From positions 124,001 through 188,000 of the forward strand of contig NIVC01000992.1 of the NCBI GenBank assembly GCA_002269645.1: 64,000 bases of DNA, written 5' to 3'. This document shows, one piece after another, positions 1 to 13,180 of the stretch. The number at the start of each line of letters is the position of its first letter. The stretch's first letter is position 1. Under the pieces are notes generated by a model. It saw nothing but the letters and a program-made list of their open reading frames with translations, did not search any database and was not told the origin of the DNA. The position numbers and the translations under genes were made by a program. This stretch comes from Macrostomum lignano (Eukaryota).

Positions 1-1126
<1,126 letters not shown>

Positions 1127-1381
1127 CTAGACAGAGAGGCTGCGACACTCAATATTAGAAATCAAAGTTAAACATAAAAGATGGTTGCAATGTGGAATAG
1201 TCCACTTGATCTGATAGTAATGTTTCATTTCATATTTACTATTCATATCTAAAGTTTTTGTGTCATATTCAAGATTTTATATGCAACAAATTCAACAATG
1301 ATCAATTATTAATAAGAATCATCTTTCCAAGATCAAAGTATTTTAGCATAATGAAAAATACAAGGTGCAACAAAGTCAGAG

Positions 1382-1652
1382 CATACATGCGCAACAGTTG
1401 GCCAAGTCGGCCAATCCGACCGACCGATTTGGCGGCCAACCAAGGAAGTTGCAAAAATGCCCACCCAAAAAACACCAAGTAGTAGTACTAAAGTAGCTTT
1501 ATAAGTTAGTCATAGTTACTCTTGCGGTTTACCCAAAGTTGCGTTAATTGCGTTTTTTACATGTAAGTCGCATTTTTGGCCAAAAACTACGTCACATTTT
1601 TGTTAAAACTAAGTCGCATGGCCGACTGAATTTTGGAGGTTGCGCATGTATG
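1382..1652. mobile_element. MITE family 1, copy 1 (14-bp TIR CATACATGCGCAAC, 8-bp TSD; hAT- or P-superfamily-like)
   Basis: TIRs at 1382-1395 and 1639-1652; perfect TSD AGTCAGAG at 1374-1381 and 1653-1660; body homologous to 2308-2595 and 28902-29153. Confidence 0.9.
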
Positions 1653-2307
1653 AGTCAGAGCACTCAGTACCTTAAATAATCTCCATTAGCCTCAAATAAT
1701 CTGACAACACTCAATAAGCTACTCAATTCTTATCTAAAAATTCCAACATCCTAGCAAAAATATTTCAACACAGTGGCTTTGGGTTCTTCATTAGAATGAA
1801 ATGATTTGTTGGCCAGAGAGTTTGACAGCAATAGAGATAGGTAATAATTACAAGGGGTGTTGCAAAAGTTTCTGGACTATGTTTGCTGTTGACAGCAGGA
1901 TATTTTCTCTTTCAAATTTTTGAAGCATAAAATTTCACAGCAATACCATGTGCCTCCCAAAAGGTATGAACATTGCAAAACTGTAACCAAGAAATTTCTA
2001 ACATGATTTAAGAAGTCTATGGCTTTTGTCTATGACTTTTGTCTATGGCCTAAATGCATGCATGCAACTTTCTATTGAGAAGCAATAAAAAAGCAAAAAA
2101 TATTGATTCAATAAGTTATTCACTTATTAGCTGACTTGAATGCCATTCATCAAGCAAACCTAAAATAATTTTTGATACCAAACATAAGCACATACCATTT
2201 TGTCTACATCAACAAAAAGTGTAAAAATTGAAATTGTATTAAATTTCTTAAATATACTTTTCTAGTACTCAACTTTTGGCAGGTACATAATATAGTATGC
2301 TGTGAAA

Positions 2308-2595
2308 CATACATGCACAATAGTCGGCCAGTCTGGCCAATTGATTTGGCAGCCAACCAAGGTCAGTTGCAAAAATGCCCACCCAAATAAATATCCAAAT
2401 AGTAATAGAAGTAGATAATGAGACATTTTGCCCTAAAAAGACAATCATAGTTACTCCTGCTTTCTACCCAAAGTTGCATTTATTTTGCTTTAGGGTGTCT
2501 TTTACATGTAAGTCACATTTCTTGGCCTAAAACTACATTTTTTGTTAAAACTAAATTGCACAGCTGATCAAAATTTTGGAGGTTGCACATGTATG
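2308..2595. mobile_element. MITE family 1, copy 2
   Basis: TIR CATACATGCACAA ... TTGTGCATGTATG-like ends (GTTGCACATGTATG); TSD CTGTGAAA (2300-2307) / CCGTGAAA (2596-2603), 7 of 8 match. Confidence 0.88.
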
Positions 2596-3564
2596 CCGTG
2601 AAATTTAATGCTTTAATAAAATAAACTTGAAAGAGAATGTAGATGAAACTTTAATTTATGAAAAAAACATACTGTTTATAGTAAACAGTATGTTTACTTT
2701 TGTAATTCCCTTGTATATTGAATAATATTAGGGCTATAAATTAGATAAAACAATATGTTATTCATCACCTATTTCTATTGGTATCAAACTTTGGCCAATA
2801 AATCTTTCCATTTCAATGAAGAACTAATCACATTAGATAAAAGGCTAAAAACTTATATTTTTGTATATATAATAATAATTTTTAGCTCAAATTAGCCAAA
2901 AATTTACACTAGGCCTATTATTTTCTAAAACCATGTTCAAGAGCTAGTTTGAATTTAATTTTTTGTACTATATATTAGACTAGTATTTCACTATAGCTAG
3001 GGAAATGGCTATGTATAAGACCATATTTTTTATATCTATATATTCTGATATATATTTGCTACTGCTTTTAATAGGAGAAAAGAAAAAATCTTATTTTAAA
3101 GCAATGCAAATGAGGCTTTTAAAAGGAAAATAGATTGAGAGACTGCATCTAAACTGCACCTACTTTTTTAATTTCAAGGTGCAATATCAAAATTCAAGAT
3201 TGAAGGTTGCTAGTGTTAGAATTATATACTAGTAACTAGGCCTAGTATATAGCAGAATAAAATTTTCTTCCTTAGCTCCTATACTAGCAATCTTTGCCCC
3301 CGATGGGGGACATCTGGATAAAATCCTTGTTCTTTACAAATAACAAATAGACAGTAAAATAAAGCCTTCATAAAAAACAACAGATATTCTACCTAAAAAC
3401 AAAACATCCCAAGATTGCAAACATTCCCAGACAACATTCAAGCATTGCTCAAGCATTCTCTAGACTGCAAACATCCCCTAGATAGCAAGCATCCCCCCGA
3501 TAGCAAGTTACCCTAGTTGCAAGCATCCTTCTGAAAGCAAGTATCCCCCAATAGCAAGCATATC

Positions 3565-4200
3565 AGGGGGCTCTTTAATGTTTGACGTGGTGGCTCTCTA
3601 ATGTCTGACATGGTGGCTCTTTTATATCTGACAAGGTGGCTCTTTAATGTTTGACATGGTGGCTCTTTAATGTTTGACATGGTGGCTCTTTAATGTTTGA
3701 CATGGTGGCTCTTTTATGTTTGGATTTGTAGGAATGGTGGCTCTTTTATGTTCAACATGGTGGCTCTTTAATGTTTGACATGGTGGTTCTTTAATGTTTG
3801 ACATGGTGGCTCTTCTGTGTTTGCCATGGCGGCCCGTTTATGTTTGAAATGGTGTCTCTGTTATGTTTGACATGGTGGCTCTTTAATGTTTGACATGGAG
3901 TCACGTATATGTTTGACATAATTGCTCTTTTATGTTTGGCATGGTGGCTCTTTTATGTTTGACATGGTGGCTCTTTTATGTTTAGTATGGTGGCTCTTTT
4001 ATGTTTAGTATGGTGGCTCTTTTATGTTTAGTATGGTGGCTCTTTTATGTTCGACATGGTAGCTCTTTTATGTTTGATATGGTGGCTCTTTTATGTCTGA
4101 CAAGGTAGCTCTTTCATATCTAATATGGTGGCTCGTTTATGTTTGACATAGTGGCTCTATAATGTCTGACATGGTGCCACTTTTATGTTTGACATTGCAC
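3565..4200. repeat. 23-bp minisatellite (TTTGACATGGTGGCTCTTTTATG) inside Helitron A
   Basis: Tandem units read directly; preceded by degenerate ATAGCAAGCATCC repeats at about 3400-3560. Confidence 0.93.
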
Positions 4201-4261
4201 TTCTTTTATGTTTAGCATTTTGTTTTTTAAAGTGTTTTAATAAAAAATTATTTTGCACTAC

Positions 4262-4318
4262 TAAGATTTGAACCCAGGTCGCTACAGTAGCAGTCCAGTC
4301 TGTTTGCATCTAGGCTAT
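4262..4318 (-). other. tRNA-derived (SINE-head-like) cassette in Helitron A
   Basis: Minus strand TAGCCTAGATGC (A-box-like) ... GGACTGCTAC (tRNA-Ser GCU anticodon-arm-like) ... GGGTTCAAATC (B-box-like). No intact acceptor stem seen. Confidence 0.55.
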
Positions 4319-5178
4319 CTTTTTTCAATTGGAGAACTTGAATTGTGGCCCTTATAATTCAATTCTTACAGCAAGTCAGTTAGAGTAAAAAGTTGACACA
4401 ATCAATTTCTCAGTCAGCTAGTATCAGTCTCAATTCAAGATAGCAATATGGTTACACAATCTCAATCAAGTCGTATGTGCATTTTTTTGAAACTGTTTTC
4501 AACTTTTTGCAATGCAATCTTTATCATAATTGAAATTCAGTCAATCAATTTTTCTTTAGCATTCTTACAATGCATTTCAAGTCAAAAAAAATTTCTTGAC
4601 CTTTGTAGAAAAGCATGTTTTTTGAATATTTAATCCCTTTAACATTGAGCAATTTCTTAGCCAAGATGCATGCACCATCCCAGGAAAATTTCTGATCGAA
4701 TGGTGCAAGTTTGAAGAAAATCGGTTGAGCCATTTTTCTGAAATCTATCTCACAGAGACATACAACTCATTTTTAGTATATAGGATGCCAATGGATTTAT
4801 ATTGTATACAAGAATACACAAAGACAAAAACAAAAAATCACAAACTAAATTGTAAGCTTATGATTTTTTTATTTTTGCAAAATAGAAATAGAAATAGAAA
4901 TAGAAATTTGTTTACATTTCACTAAAGTATAAAGAACTAGTTTATTTTATTTTTTATTTTTATTTTTAACTCTAAAAAGTTCAATGCAATTTTTTAATTT
5001 AGTTTTACAGTAATTTTTGGGAAATATTTTTTGATAAAAATTTAGCTATGTGTATTCTAATTATGCATATAGAAACTTTAATTGTGTACTGTGTAGTAGG
5101 TACATTGATTGGAACTTAGAACTTGGTCATAACTACTATCTTGGTTATCTCTTTATGCTAAGAGGGCACTGTAAATAC

Positions 5179-5618
5179 TGGAATTGTGCTTACATTGAAG
5201 CAAAAAAACAATGGCCTCCTTGTCTTGACTGGTGCTATCTAGCCAGACCAGCTCTATACTTAAGGGCAAATAACAAAGCTGGTTCAAAGGCCCAGCCAGC
5301 AGCCTGCAAATGCGTGACACAATAGACTCGTAGCAATGCTTTGGGGGAGGGTGATATGGTTGTCTACCAATAATGGGACAAGGAAAACTGCTCAATTGAT
5401 AACCTTGCCTTGCTCAAACTATGCATTGCTCTTTATTTTGTCAACTAAACCAGTTTGCTTGCTTGACTATAAAATACACTACTGCCTTGAATAAATTTGT
5501 GGCACAGAGAAAGATTTGGAGATGTGAGCCTTATACTTATAACAGGGCCCTCAGAGGCCAAATGAGTTTGAAAGTCTCTGACTTGTGAGCAGAAGATAAC
5601 AGGAATAAAAACTGTTAT
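5179..5618. repeat. About 440-bp diverged direct repeat, copy 1 (copy 2 at 6536-6984)
   Basis: Collinear shared blocks such as TGGAATTGTGCTTACATTGAA, GACTCGTAGCAATGCTTTGG and ATTTTGTCAACTAAACCAGTTTGCTTGCTTGACTAT. Confidence 0.85.
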
Positions 5619-6535
5619 ATCTGGTTCCCTGAGAGTGAGTCACCTAGTCCCGCCAACTTGACTAGGTTAAATGCAACAAGCCTTCTCCACTGCTAGATAG
5701 CATAATCCTACCATAGGTCAAAAAGAACATGCTTGATCAAGGTTGTATGAAGTCAACGAGTCATCTCATCAAGCAAGCCAGAAGACCAAGCTGCAACATG
5801 TTTTAACATCATCAGAAATTGGAGGCCCAATGTAATTAATGTCCTTAACCAACTGAGATTCTCCAGAGAGCCAAGAGACAATTATTGATTTGGTATGCTT
5901 AACAACATTAAGATGCAACTGTGACGCATCAAGCTATTATAAATGTGCAGCGGCCACTCTACTTAATGTGTTAAATGGCCTTCCAAGAGATATCAGTGCA
6001 AAACCTATTTATTTTCTATATGTGTAGTGTTTAGTTGGTCAAGGTGCAACTTTAGATTAAACACAATATCTGGCAGTCATTTCTTCAAATTTTTGGCCTA
6101 CAACTTGGCATACAAAACAGATCAATTGAACAAGTAAGAATTTAAACTCAATTAGTAACATTGCCTGATGCAAAACTAGACATGCAACCAGGCAAGCCTG
6201 ATAGAGTTCTACAGCAATTGTATTTCAAGATATCCACAAATTGAAAATTGAGTAAACTATGAACAACTACTTCGGGGGAAAGAGCCCCATGAAAAACACA
6301 AATACAAACTGTACTTTGAATAGAAGGGACTTGCTAGTTTGTAACTTCTAGCAAACACAACTAGCCCAAACTGACTCAACAACAATGCACAACCAATCAG
6401 CTGACTAACTAGCTCAGCCAGAAAAACAAGTGACAAGTTCAAGTATAAAGCTGCTTATTACAAGGATGAAGTCAACACTTTTATGTCAGACTAACACGAG
6501 TGTCAGTCTCCAGAAAGGGGAAGATATGTAAGCAT

Positions 6536-6984
6536 TGGAATTGTGCTTACATTGAATTTGAAGTGAAAAAACAATGGCCTCCTCATCTTAACTAGTACTA
6601 TCCAGCCAGACCAGCTCTTCACTAAAGAGCAGATAACAAAGCTAAGGTTTGAAGGCTAAGCTAGTAGCCTGCAAATACATGACAATAGACTCGTAGCAAT
6701 GCTTTGGAAGGAGGGTGATATGGTTGCCTAATAATGGGACAGAGAAAACTGCTCAAGCGATAACCCTGCCCTACTCAAACTATGCATTGCTCTTCATTTT
6801 GTCAACTAAACCAGTTTGCTTGCTTGACTATGAAATATACCGCCTTGAATAAATTTTTGGCACAGAGAAAAATTTGGTTCAAAGATGTGAGCCTCACACT
6901 TATAATAGGGCCTTCAGAGGCCAGGTGTGTTTGAAAGTCATTCTAATTTGTAAGCAGAAGATAACAGGAACAAAAACTATTATA
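6536..6984. repeat. About 450-bp diverged direct repeat, copy 2
   Basis: Collinear with 5179-5618, with scattered substitutions and indels. Confidence 0.85.
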
Positions 6985-9900
6985 GGCACATTAGGTGCCT
7001 ACCTAGCTTTGTATATTAACTATGCTAGGCTAGGCTTATGCTTAGGCCTATTATATTTATGCTATATTTAGCATTGCTAAGTTTGTATAGGCTTTACTAC
7101 TAATAATATACTCCAAGTCATCTTTTATATTAGAAATTTCCAATGTAAATATATACTATTATCTAGACTAGAGTCTAGTCTAAGTTATATATGCTGATAT
7201 CACAAAAGTGCATAATTTTTTACTTTTTTGTTAGTCTGCATGAACAATTAATAGAATAGATTTCAAATGAAAAGCAAAACTAAAAAGATACATATCTTAA
7301 AATAAATTAAAAGCATAATAAATTTGGTATGAAAACAAAAACATTATTTAGTTCTGGCATACAAACTAAGTGTCTAAGTCCTATACTTTCCCCTACTGGA
7401 CCTGGCATACACTAGCTAGGCCTAGGCCCTAGGCCAAATATATAATTAGAACTATGGCTAATATAGGGGGGGGGGGGGCCTATGCATAGTACCGCTGTAC
7501 AGTTAGCTCTAGATATCTTGCTCTATATCTATACTATAGACATAGTCTATGACTCTATACTGTATACATTATTACTATTGAATTAAGCATGTGTTTGTTT
7601 GGTTTGGGCCTAGCTTGTAGTTCGGTTCGGCATTGGTAGGGGAGGAAAGTATCCTTAAGTTATTATAGCTGACCTATTCCTAATTCCGCCTAAGCTTAGG
7701 CCTACAACAAGCCATAAATAGAAATTAAAAAACTAAGGCTGAGTACGAGACATTTTAGCCCTGTCTAAGTATATGACTAGTCGTAATTCGCGACATTAAA
7801 CATGCATTAAAATTTAATAGGCCTATCAAAATTTGAAAGATTTGTGAAAAAAAACAAATACGTCAGGTTGGAACATAAAGACCCAAATATGGAAATCAAA
7901 TGCTGTTAAAAGCAGTCGGAAATGTTATTTCGTTACAGAGTAACGTTAAAAAGTCTGTTAAGAGTTTTCTCAGCTTTATACCATCTTTACGCGTATATTT
8001 TCACAGAAAAATGTGTATAAAGATTATCCTATTTTTAATAAGGCGATGAATTTAAGAAAACTATTTTATTTGTTTTAATGGTCTTTAAAATTTCGCACAA
8101 AGTAAAAAGTGTCAGTTTAAATTACCCGCGACAGGCGGGTAAGATCATACATTTTAGCAGATCGATATTACTAAATTGTAAAATTTTAATTAAAATTCTC
8201 TACACGATTAATTATTTTTAGATTTGACCTTGCTAATAGTGCAGTTACATATCATGTAAATTATTTAACTTTTTGGTACATGTATACCAATTGGACTGCA
8301 TATTTCTTAGGCCAGAATTCAACCGAACATATGCACGTGACACAAACAGATTTAACTGTTTGGAACTTTATGTAAGTTGCGTCCTACATTTCTTTTACAA
8401 GAAGATATAATTACGGGTAATTGTATGCGATGTTTTTTCCGGCTATGGTTCAGCTCGAATATATGCGCGCGCCTGATATCTTTGGCCGTCCTGGACTGCA
8501 GGCTGTATTTTTTTGTGATTGTGACTGCGAGTCGCGTTACTTTACATTGTGCATGTATATGTAAATTTATTGTTGGTTTTCTATGATCCTTACGAAACAT
8601 TTCTTCTGTTTAGGAATTTAGAATACATGCGCAGTGTTTCTTTCTGGGCTTTTATGTATACATGTATACCGCAACTTACATGTAGTTATATTTTTTGGCA
8701 TGACGAGTAGAGTGCTAATAATATAGAATGCTCCGTCTATAGGCTGCTATAATTGGTTTCTAAAAGAAAGACCTGGATCTCCCAGGACATTTGCAATAAT
8801 TTCGTTTAAAATATTATGTGGATAAGACATGCAATTACAAAAAGAACAAAAGCGGCAAATCTTCTGGCAAAAACTTCATTTGCAGGATCTGTATTACAGT
8901 TTTGTGTATATATAAGAACTAAATATTGTCACGATAACAAAATATAGATCTGATCTGTTATGCATATCGACAGTTATAAATATATGCGTTTGCCATAAAA
9001 AACGAAAAGTCAATTACAAACACAAGATATTAAAGAATAGTAACAAGAAAAATATTTTATAGCTTTGGTCAGTGCAGTCCGCACATAAAAGATACGAGTA
9101 TCAATTAAGCTTTAAAGATTAACGATCAATATCTGATAAAAAAGATCAATAAACTAGAAGGAATGTGGATTCATTTATCAGTTTTAATAGGATATGTATG
9201 GAGCTGTTTAAAATAAATAGAAGTTAAATACAGGTAGTAAGAATCAGGATAAACACATATTTTACGACCGGATCCATAAACATAAATAATGCGAGCTTAG
9301 GATTTACATGTGTCACAAAGAAGTTACATAATTTTTTTATCACAACCAGTGATCAGCTAGAAAACAATTAGTGTACATGAAAACGAAATCAAAAGCTGAA
9401 AATAGCGAAATAAAAAGAGAAAAAGAGTATAACAATCGCGAAAGAATATTACAGAGGCGCTTACTGTCTGTAGGGAATGAAACATTTAATCTAGGCGGCT
9501 CAGAAAAAAAACAAAAAATAATTAAATAACTTCACAAAAAAGTAGGAGTTTGGACGGATATACATGTACATGTAACCTAATATTTACAGAGTTGATCAGT
9601 TGCAAAGAAAAAAACAATTCGAGGTTTTGTGTAGAATTTGTATCATTCTTTTATCTTAAACTATGACAGAAAAGTATACTATGTAGTGCTTGGTTTTAAA
9701 CAAAAAAACAAAAATTATTTGTCTTTATTATAATAGTTTCAAAAAAGACTATAGACTAGGACAGACTGGTTTCAACCAATAGTTATTAATCTTCTGTTTA
9801 ACTGTAAACTTGTGAACATAAACAGTTGAGGTAAGTCAATAGTTAATTTAGAGAAATCTATAACTTAATAATACACATAGCTACATGCATAATTCAATCA

Positions 9901-10111
9901 ACTAATAATTAAATCTAAAACAACACACACTTGTATATTGTAAGTTTCGGCGCTGATAAGTCTTGCTTGAAATACAGTGCAGCAAAAATTCACAATTTCA
10001 CCCAAAACAAAATATAGGGTAAATTGAGGCAAAATGACTCACTTGCAGAATAAAAACACTTTGTGGTGCAGTCGTGCAGAAATATATATATATTTTATAT
10101 AGGGGTACAGC

Positions 10112-11657
10112 TAGGGGGCGACCCAGTCCCGGGCCCGGGCCCGAAAAGTCGGGAATCCCGACCAAAATCGTGGCCCGACCCGGGCCCGGGCCCGACCCTA
10201 AAAAAGTCGGGAAATCGGGACAAGTCTTTTTTCCCTAAAGGCACTAACCGCGTGCGAATAAGAATAAAATTATTTTTATTCACAGCACAGCACAACACTC
10301 AGTTAAGCATCGCATCAGCACTCAAGACTCAAGCACTGCACGACTGCAGTAATGGTAATAGATGATATGATGTGAAGTAGCAATATCATTGATTTGTAGT
10401 ATGCTCTTAGCGTGAGCGTCTGTGACTGTGACCGTGAGCGTCAGCCACAGCCAGTTTCCACTTTCCAGGAAGATCGGATTTTTTCCAGGAAGATAAAATT
10501 AAAACATAGTTTTGCAATACTTTTTTGCAATATTGATTCCACTTTACACGCTGCAGGCTGCAGCCTAAAAGCAAAAATATGATTCTTAAAAAAGTTGATT
10601 TGTCAATTTTAAGCTTTTGTAAATAACATTTCCTATTTACATTCCAAGAAGTACCTATTAAGGGCCAAGGCTACCATTTTTCCAAGAAGTTTGCTATCTG
10701 TCAGAGTTTGTAATCGTGTTCATATTTGTATTGTATTCGTAGGTAGTTGTAGTCGTAGACTCATAGTATCATATTCGTAATCATATTCGTTTAGGTAGGT
10801 AGGTGAGCAGGTAGGCAGGTATCAGCTAATTACTTGTATTTCCATTGTCTGTTTGCCTGTTCTGTTGAGACAGTTGAGTGTTGTGTTGTGTTGTCACTTC
10901 ACTTGTGTTCTGTTCTGTTGTCTTGTCTTGTTGTCTTATTGAATACTGACTGTGTACATGGCTCTTTACATTGAAGCTATGTAAAGGAACTAAAAATTCA
11001 AATAAAAGAATCAATCAATTGATTTGGTTCTTACTTCCTTATTGCTTCCAATGCCAAGTGCCTTACACTTAATGCTTCAGCTTTTCTTCTTTTTGCTTAC
11101 TGCCACTGCCAGTGCCAGCCGCACTACCGCAGTGCCTGCTTGCCTACCTCACTGCCTATTAGTGTCACTGTCACTGGCACACACACAGTACTTGTGCCAC
11201 ACAGTGACATTGAATTTGAACTATTGGGTATATTGATATTTGAGTATTAAGTCTTTTAATGTAACTCTTATCTATTCTGAAGTCTTAACTAATGTATTAA
11301 ATAAAAATAATATTTATTATATTATATATTTAATATATATTTAATTTAATATATTATATTTATTATATTTATATTATTATATATTCAATATATTTATATA
11401 TTATAATATATTTAATGTTTATCATATATTTATTATACATTTAATATATTATATTAGATTTAATATATCTATATATTTATTATATATTTAATAGTAATCC
11501 GCATATGCTAAAAGTATTAAGATTTATTATGATTTTTTTTCCAATTATTGAGCTGTCCTAAAGATCTTGTCCCGAATTCCCGAGGCCCGACCCGGGCCCG
11601 AGTCCTCATTCCCGGGCCCGACCCGGGCCCGACTTTGGCTGTCCCGGTCGCCCCCTA
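10112..11657. mobile_element. Non-autonomous TIR element (hAT-like) with CCCGGGCCCG/GTCGGG subterminal motif arrays
   Basis: 12-bp TIR TAGGGGGCGACC (10112-10123) / GGTCGCCCCCTA (11646-11657); repeated CCGGGCCCGA motifs at both ends (10128-10225, 11565-11645). No TSD match found. Confidence 0.7.
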
Positions 11658-11671
11658 CTCTGTCCTGAAAC

Positions 11672-12731
11672 CAGGGGCGTCGCCATGGATTTTATGGTGG
11701 GGGGCCGGGGGACAAAGCCAATAATTATACATGTACATGTATAAATTCTTACATGTACATTATTCTCAGAGTCGGTGTTGTCAGCACTCAATTTAGCGCC
11801 GAAGGCACTCATTTTAGCGCCGCAGGCACTCATTTTAGCGCCGCAAGCACTCATTTTAGCGCCGCAGGCACTCATTTTAGCGCCGAAGGCACTCATTTTA
11901 GCGCCGCAAGCACTCATTTTAGCGCCGCAGGCACTGATTTTAGCGCCGAAGGCACTCATTTTAGCGCCGCAGGCACTCATTTTAGCGCCGCAAGCACTCA
12001 TTTTAGCGCCGCAGGCACTCATTTTAGCGCCGAAGGCACTCATTTTAGCGCCGCAGGCACTCATTTTAGCGCCGCAAGCACTCATTTTAGCGCCGCAAGC
12101 ACACATTTTAGCGCCGCAAGCACTCATTTTAGCGCCGCAGGCACTCATTTTAGCGCCGCAGGCACTCATTTTAGCGCCACAGGCACTCATTTTAGCGCCG
12201 AAGGCACTGATTTTAGCGCCGCAGGCACTCATTTTAGCGCCGAAGGCACTCATTTTGGCGCCGCAAGCACTCAATTCAGTGCTGAAGGCACAGATTTTAG
12301 CACCACAGGTACTGATTTTAGCGTCGCAGGCACTGATTTTAGCGCCGCAGGCACTCATTTTAGCGCCGAAGGCACTCATTTTAGCGCCGCAGGCACTCAT
12401 TTTAGCGCCGAAGGCACTCTTTTTAGCGCCGCAGGCACTGATTTTAGCGCCGCAGGCACTGATTTTAGCGCCACAGGCACTGATTTTAGCGCCGAAGGCA
12501 CTCATTTTAGCGCCGCAGGCACTCATTTTAGCGCCGCAGGCACTGATTTTAGCGCCGCAGGCACTCATTTTAGCGCCGCAAGCACTATGTTTTGTCGCCC
12601 TGCAGCAAAATTTTGCTCTCCATAACGGGTCACAAGGTGGGGTGGGAGGACGAAGCATTGGCATGTCCCCCAGATGTTTTACTGGGGGGAGGACATGTCC
12701 AACCTGACCCCCGCCGTTGGCGACGCCCCTG
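11672..12731. mobile_element. hAT-type MITE carrying a 21-bp minisatellite
   Basis: 14-bp TIR CAGGGGCGTCGCCA / TGGCGACGCCCCTG; perfect 8-bp TSD CCTGAAAC at 11664-11671 and 12732-12739. Confidence 0.92.
11790..12585. repeat. 21-bp minisatellite (TTTTAGCGCCGCAGGCACTCA) inside the hAT MITE
   Basis: 7-aa periodic ORFs in three frames (CGAKMSA, FSAAGTH, LAPQALI). Confidence 0.95.
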
Positions 12732-12986
12732 CCTGAAACCTTATTGCTAATGTCACCAATATAAACTGTATATAAAAATGAACAAATATACTATTCTGCT
12801 AGTAAAATCCAACTTAGGTAGCTTATAAAATAACTTTGCGCACAATTAATACAACACTTGACTTGTTTCTATTACATTAAGCTGTAGAGAGTAAGGCAAG
12901 TTTGTTAAAACTACAAAACTGACTATTAGATCTGCTTTTACCGATCCCGACTGTAAATTTTAACAAAAAATCATTGATATAGCAAT

Positions 12987-13072
12987 TCAGTCCCAAGAGC
13001 CGCAGGAGCTGAAACTGCTGAAGCTGCTCCAGCTGCCGAAGCCTCTGTGCATCATGCCGGCCATTGCTAGGC
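12987..13072 (-). CDS. Uncharacterised Pro/Gln/Tyr-rich protein, last coding exon
   Basis: Acceptor AATTCCAG|GC at 13074-13073, phase 1; reads (G)LAMAGMMHRGFGSWSSFSSFSSCGSWD-TGA; continues the AAMVGGVG segment of exon 15633-16022 without a break. Confidence 0.8.
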
Positions 13073-13180
13073 CTGGAATTCGTGAGAATTTGATTGAATA
13101 TTCTGTAATAAGTTGTTCTGTAAGTACCTACAGGTAGACTGGCTTCAGTATGCTCCTCTGATGTGAAGATGACTTATCTA

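Larger units (their letters stand above)
3284..4785 (-). mobile_element. Non-autonomous Helitron, copy A (about 1.5 kb)
   Basis: Minus-strand 5' end A|TCCTATATACTAAAAATG (4786|4785); 3' end is a GC hairpin TG-CCCCC-GAT-GGGGG-A-CA (3295-3312) followed by CTAG|T (3287-3284|3283). No TSD. The 5' about 500 bp is homologous to 25450-25945. Confidence 0.8.

Noticed and set aside
1625-1652. Spliced-leader RNA gene (AATTTTGG Sm-like site near GTTGCGCATG)
   Set aside because: The motif order is wrong for an SL RNA, and the sequence is the TIR end of a TSD-flanked MITE.
5920-6500. Ty3/gypsy RNase H remnant (CDASSY at 5920, YPQIEN at 6231)
   Set aside because: The motifs are about 100 codons apart rather than about 35, with stops between; chance resemblance cannot be excluded without a profile search.
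11606-12707. Long ORFs (CGAKMSA, FSAAGTH, LAPQALI repeats) as antifreeze/ice-nucleation-like proteins
   Set aside because: They are open in several frames on both strands because a 21-bp stop-free unit is repeated inside a TSD-flanked MITE.
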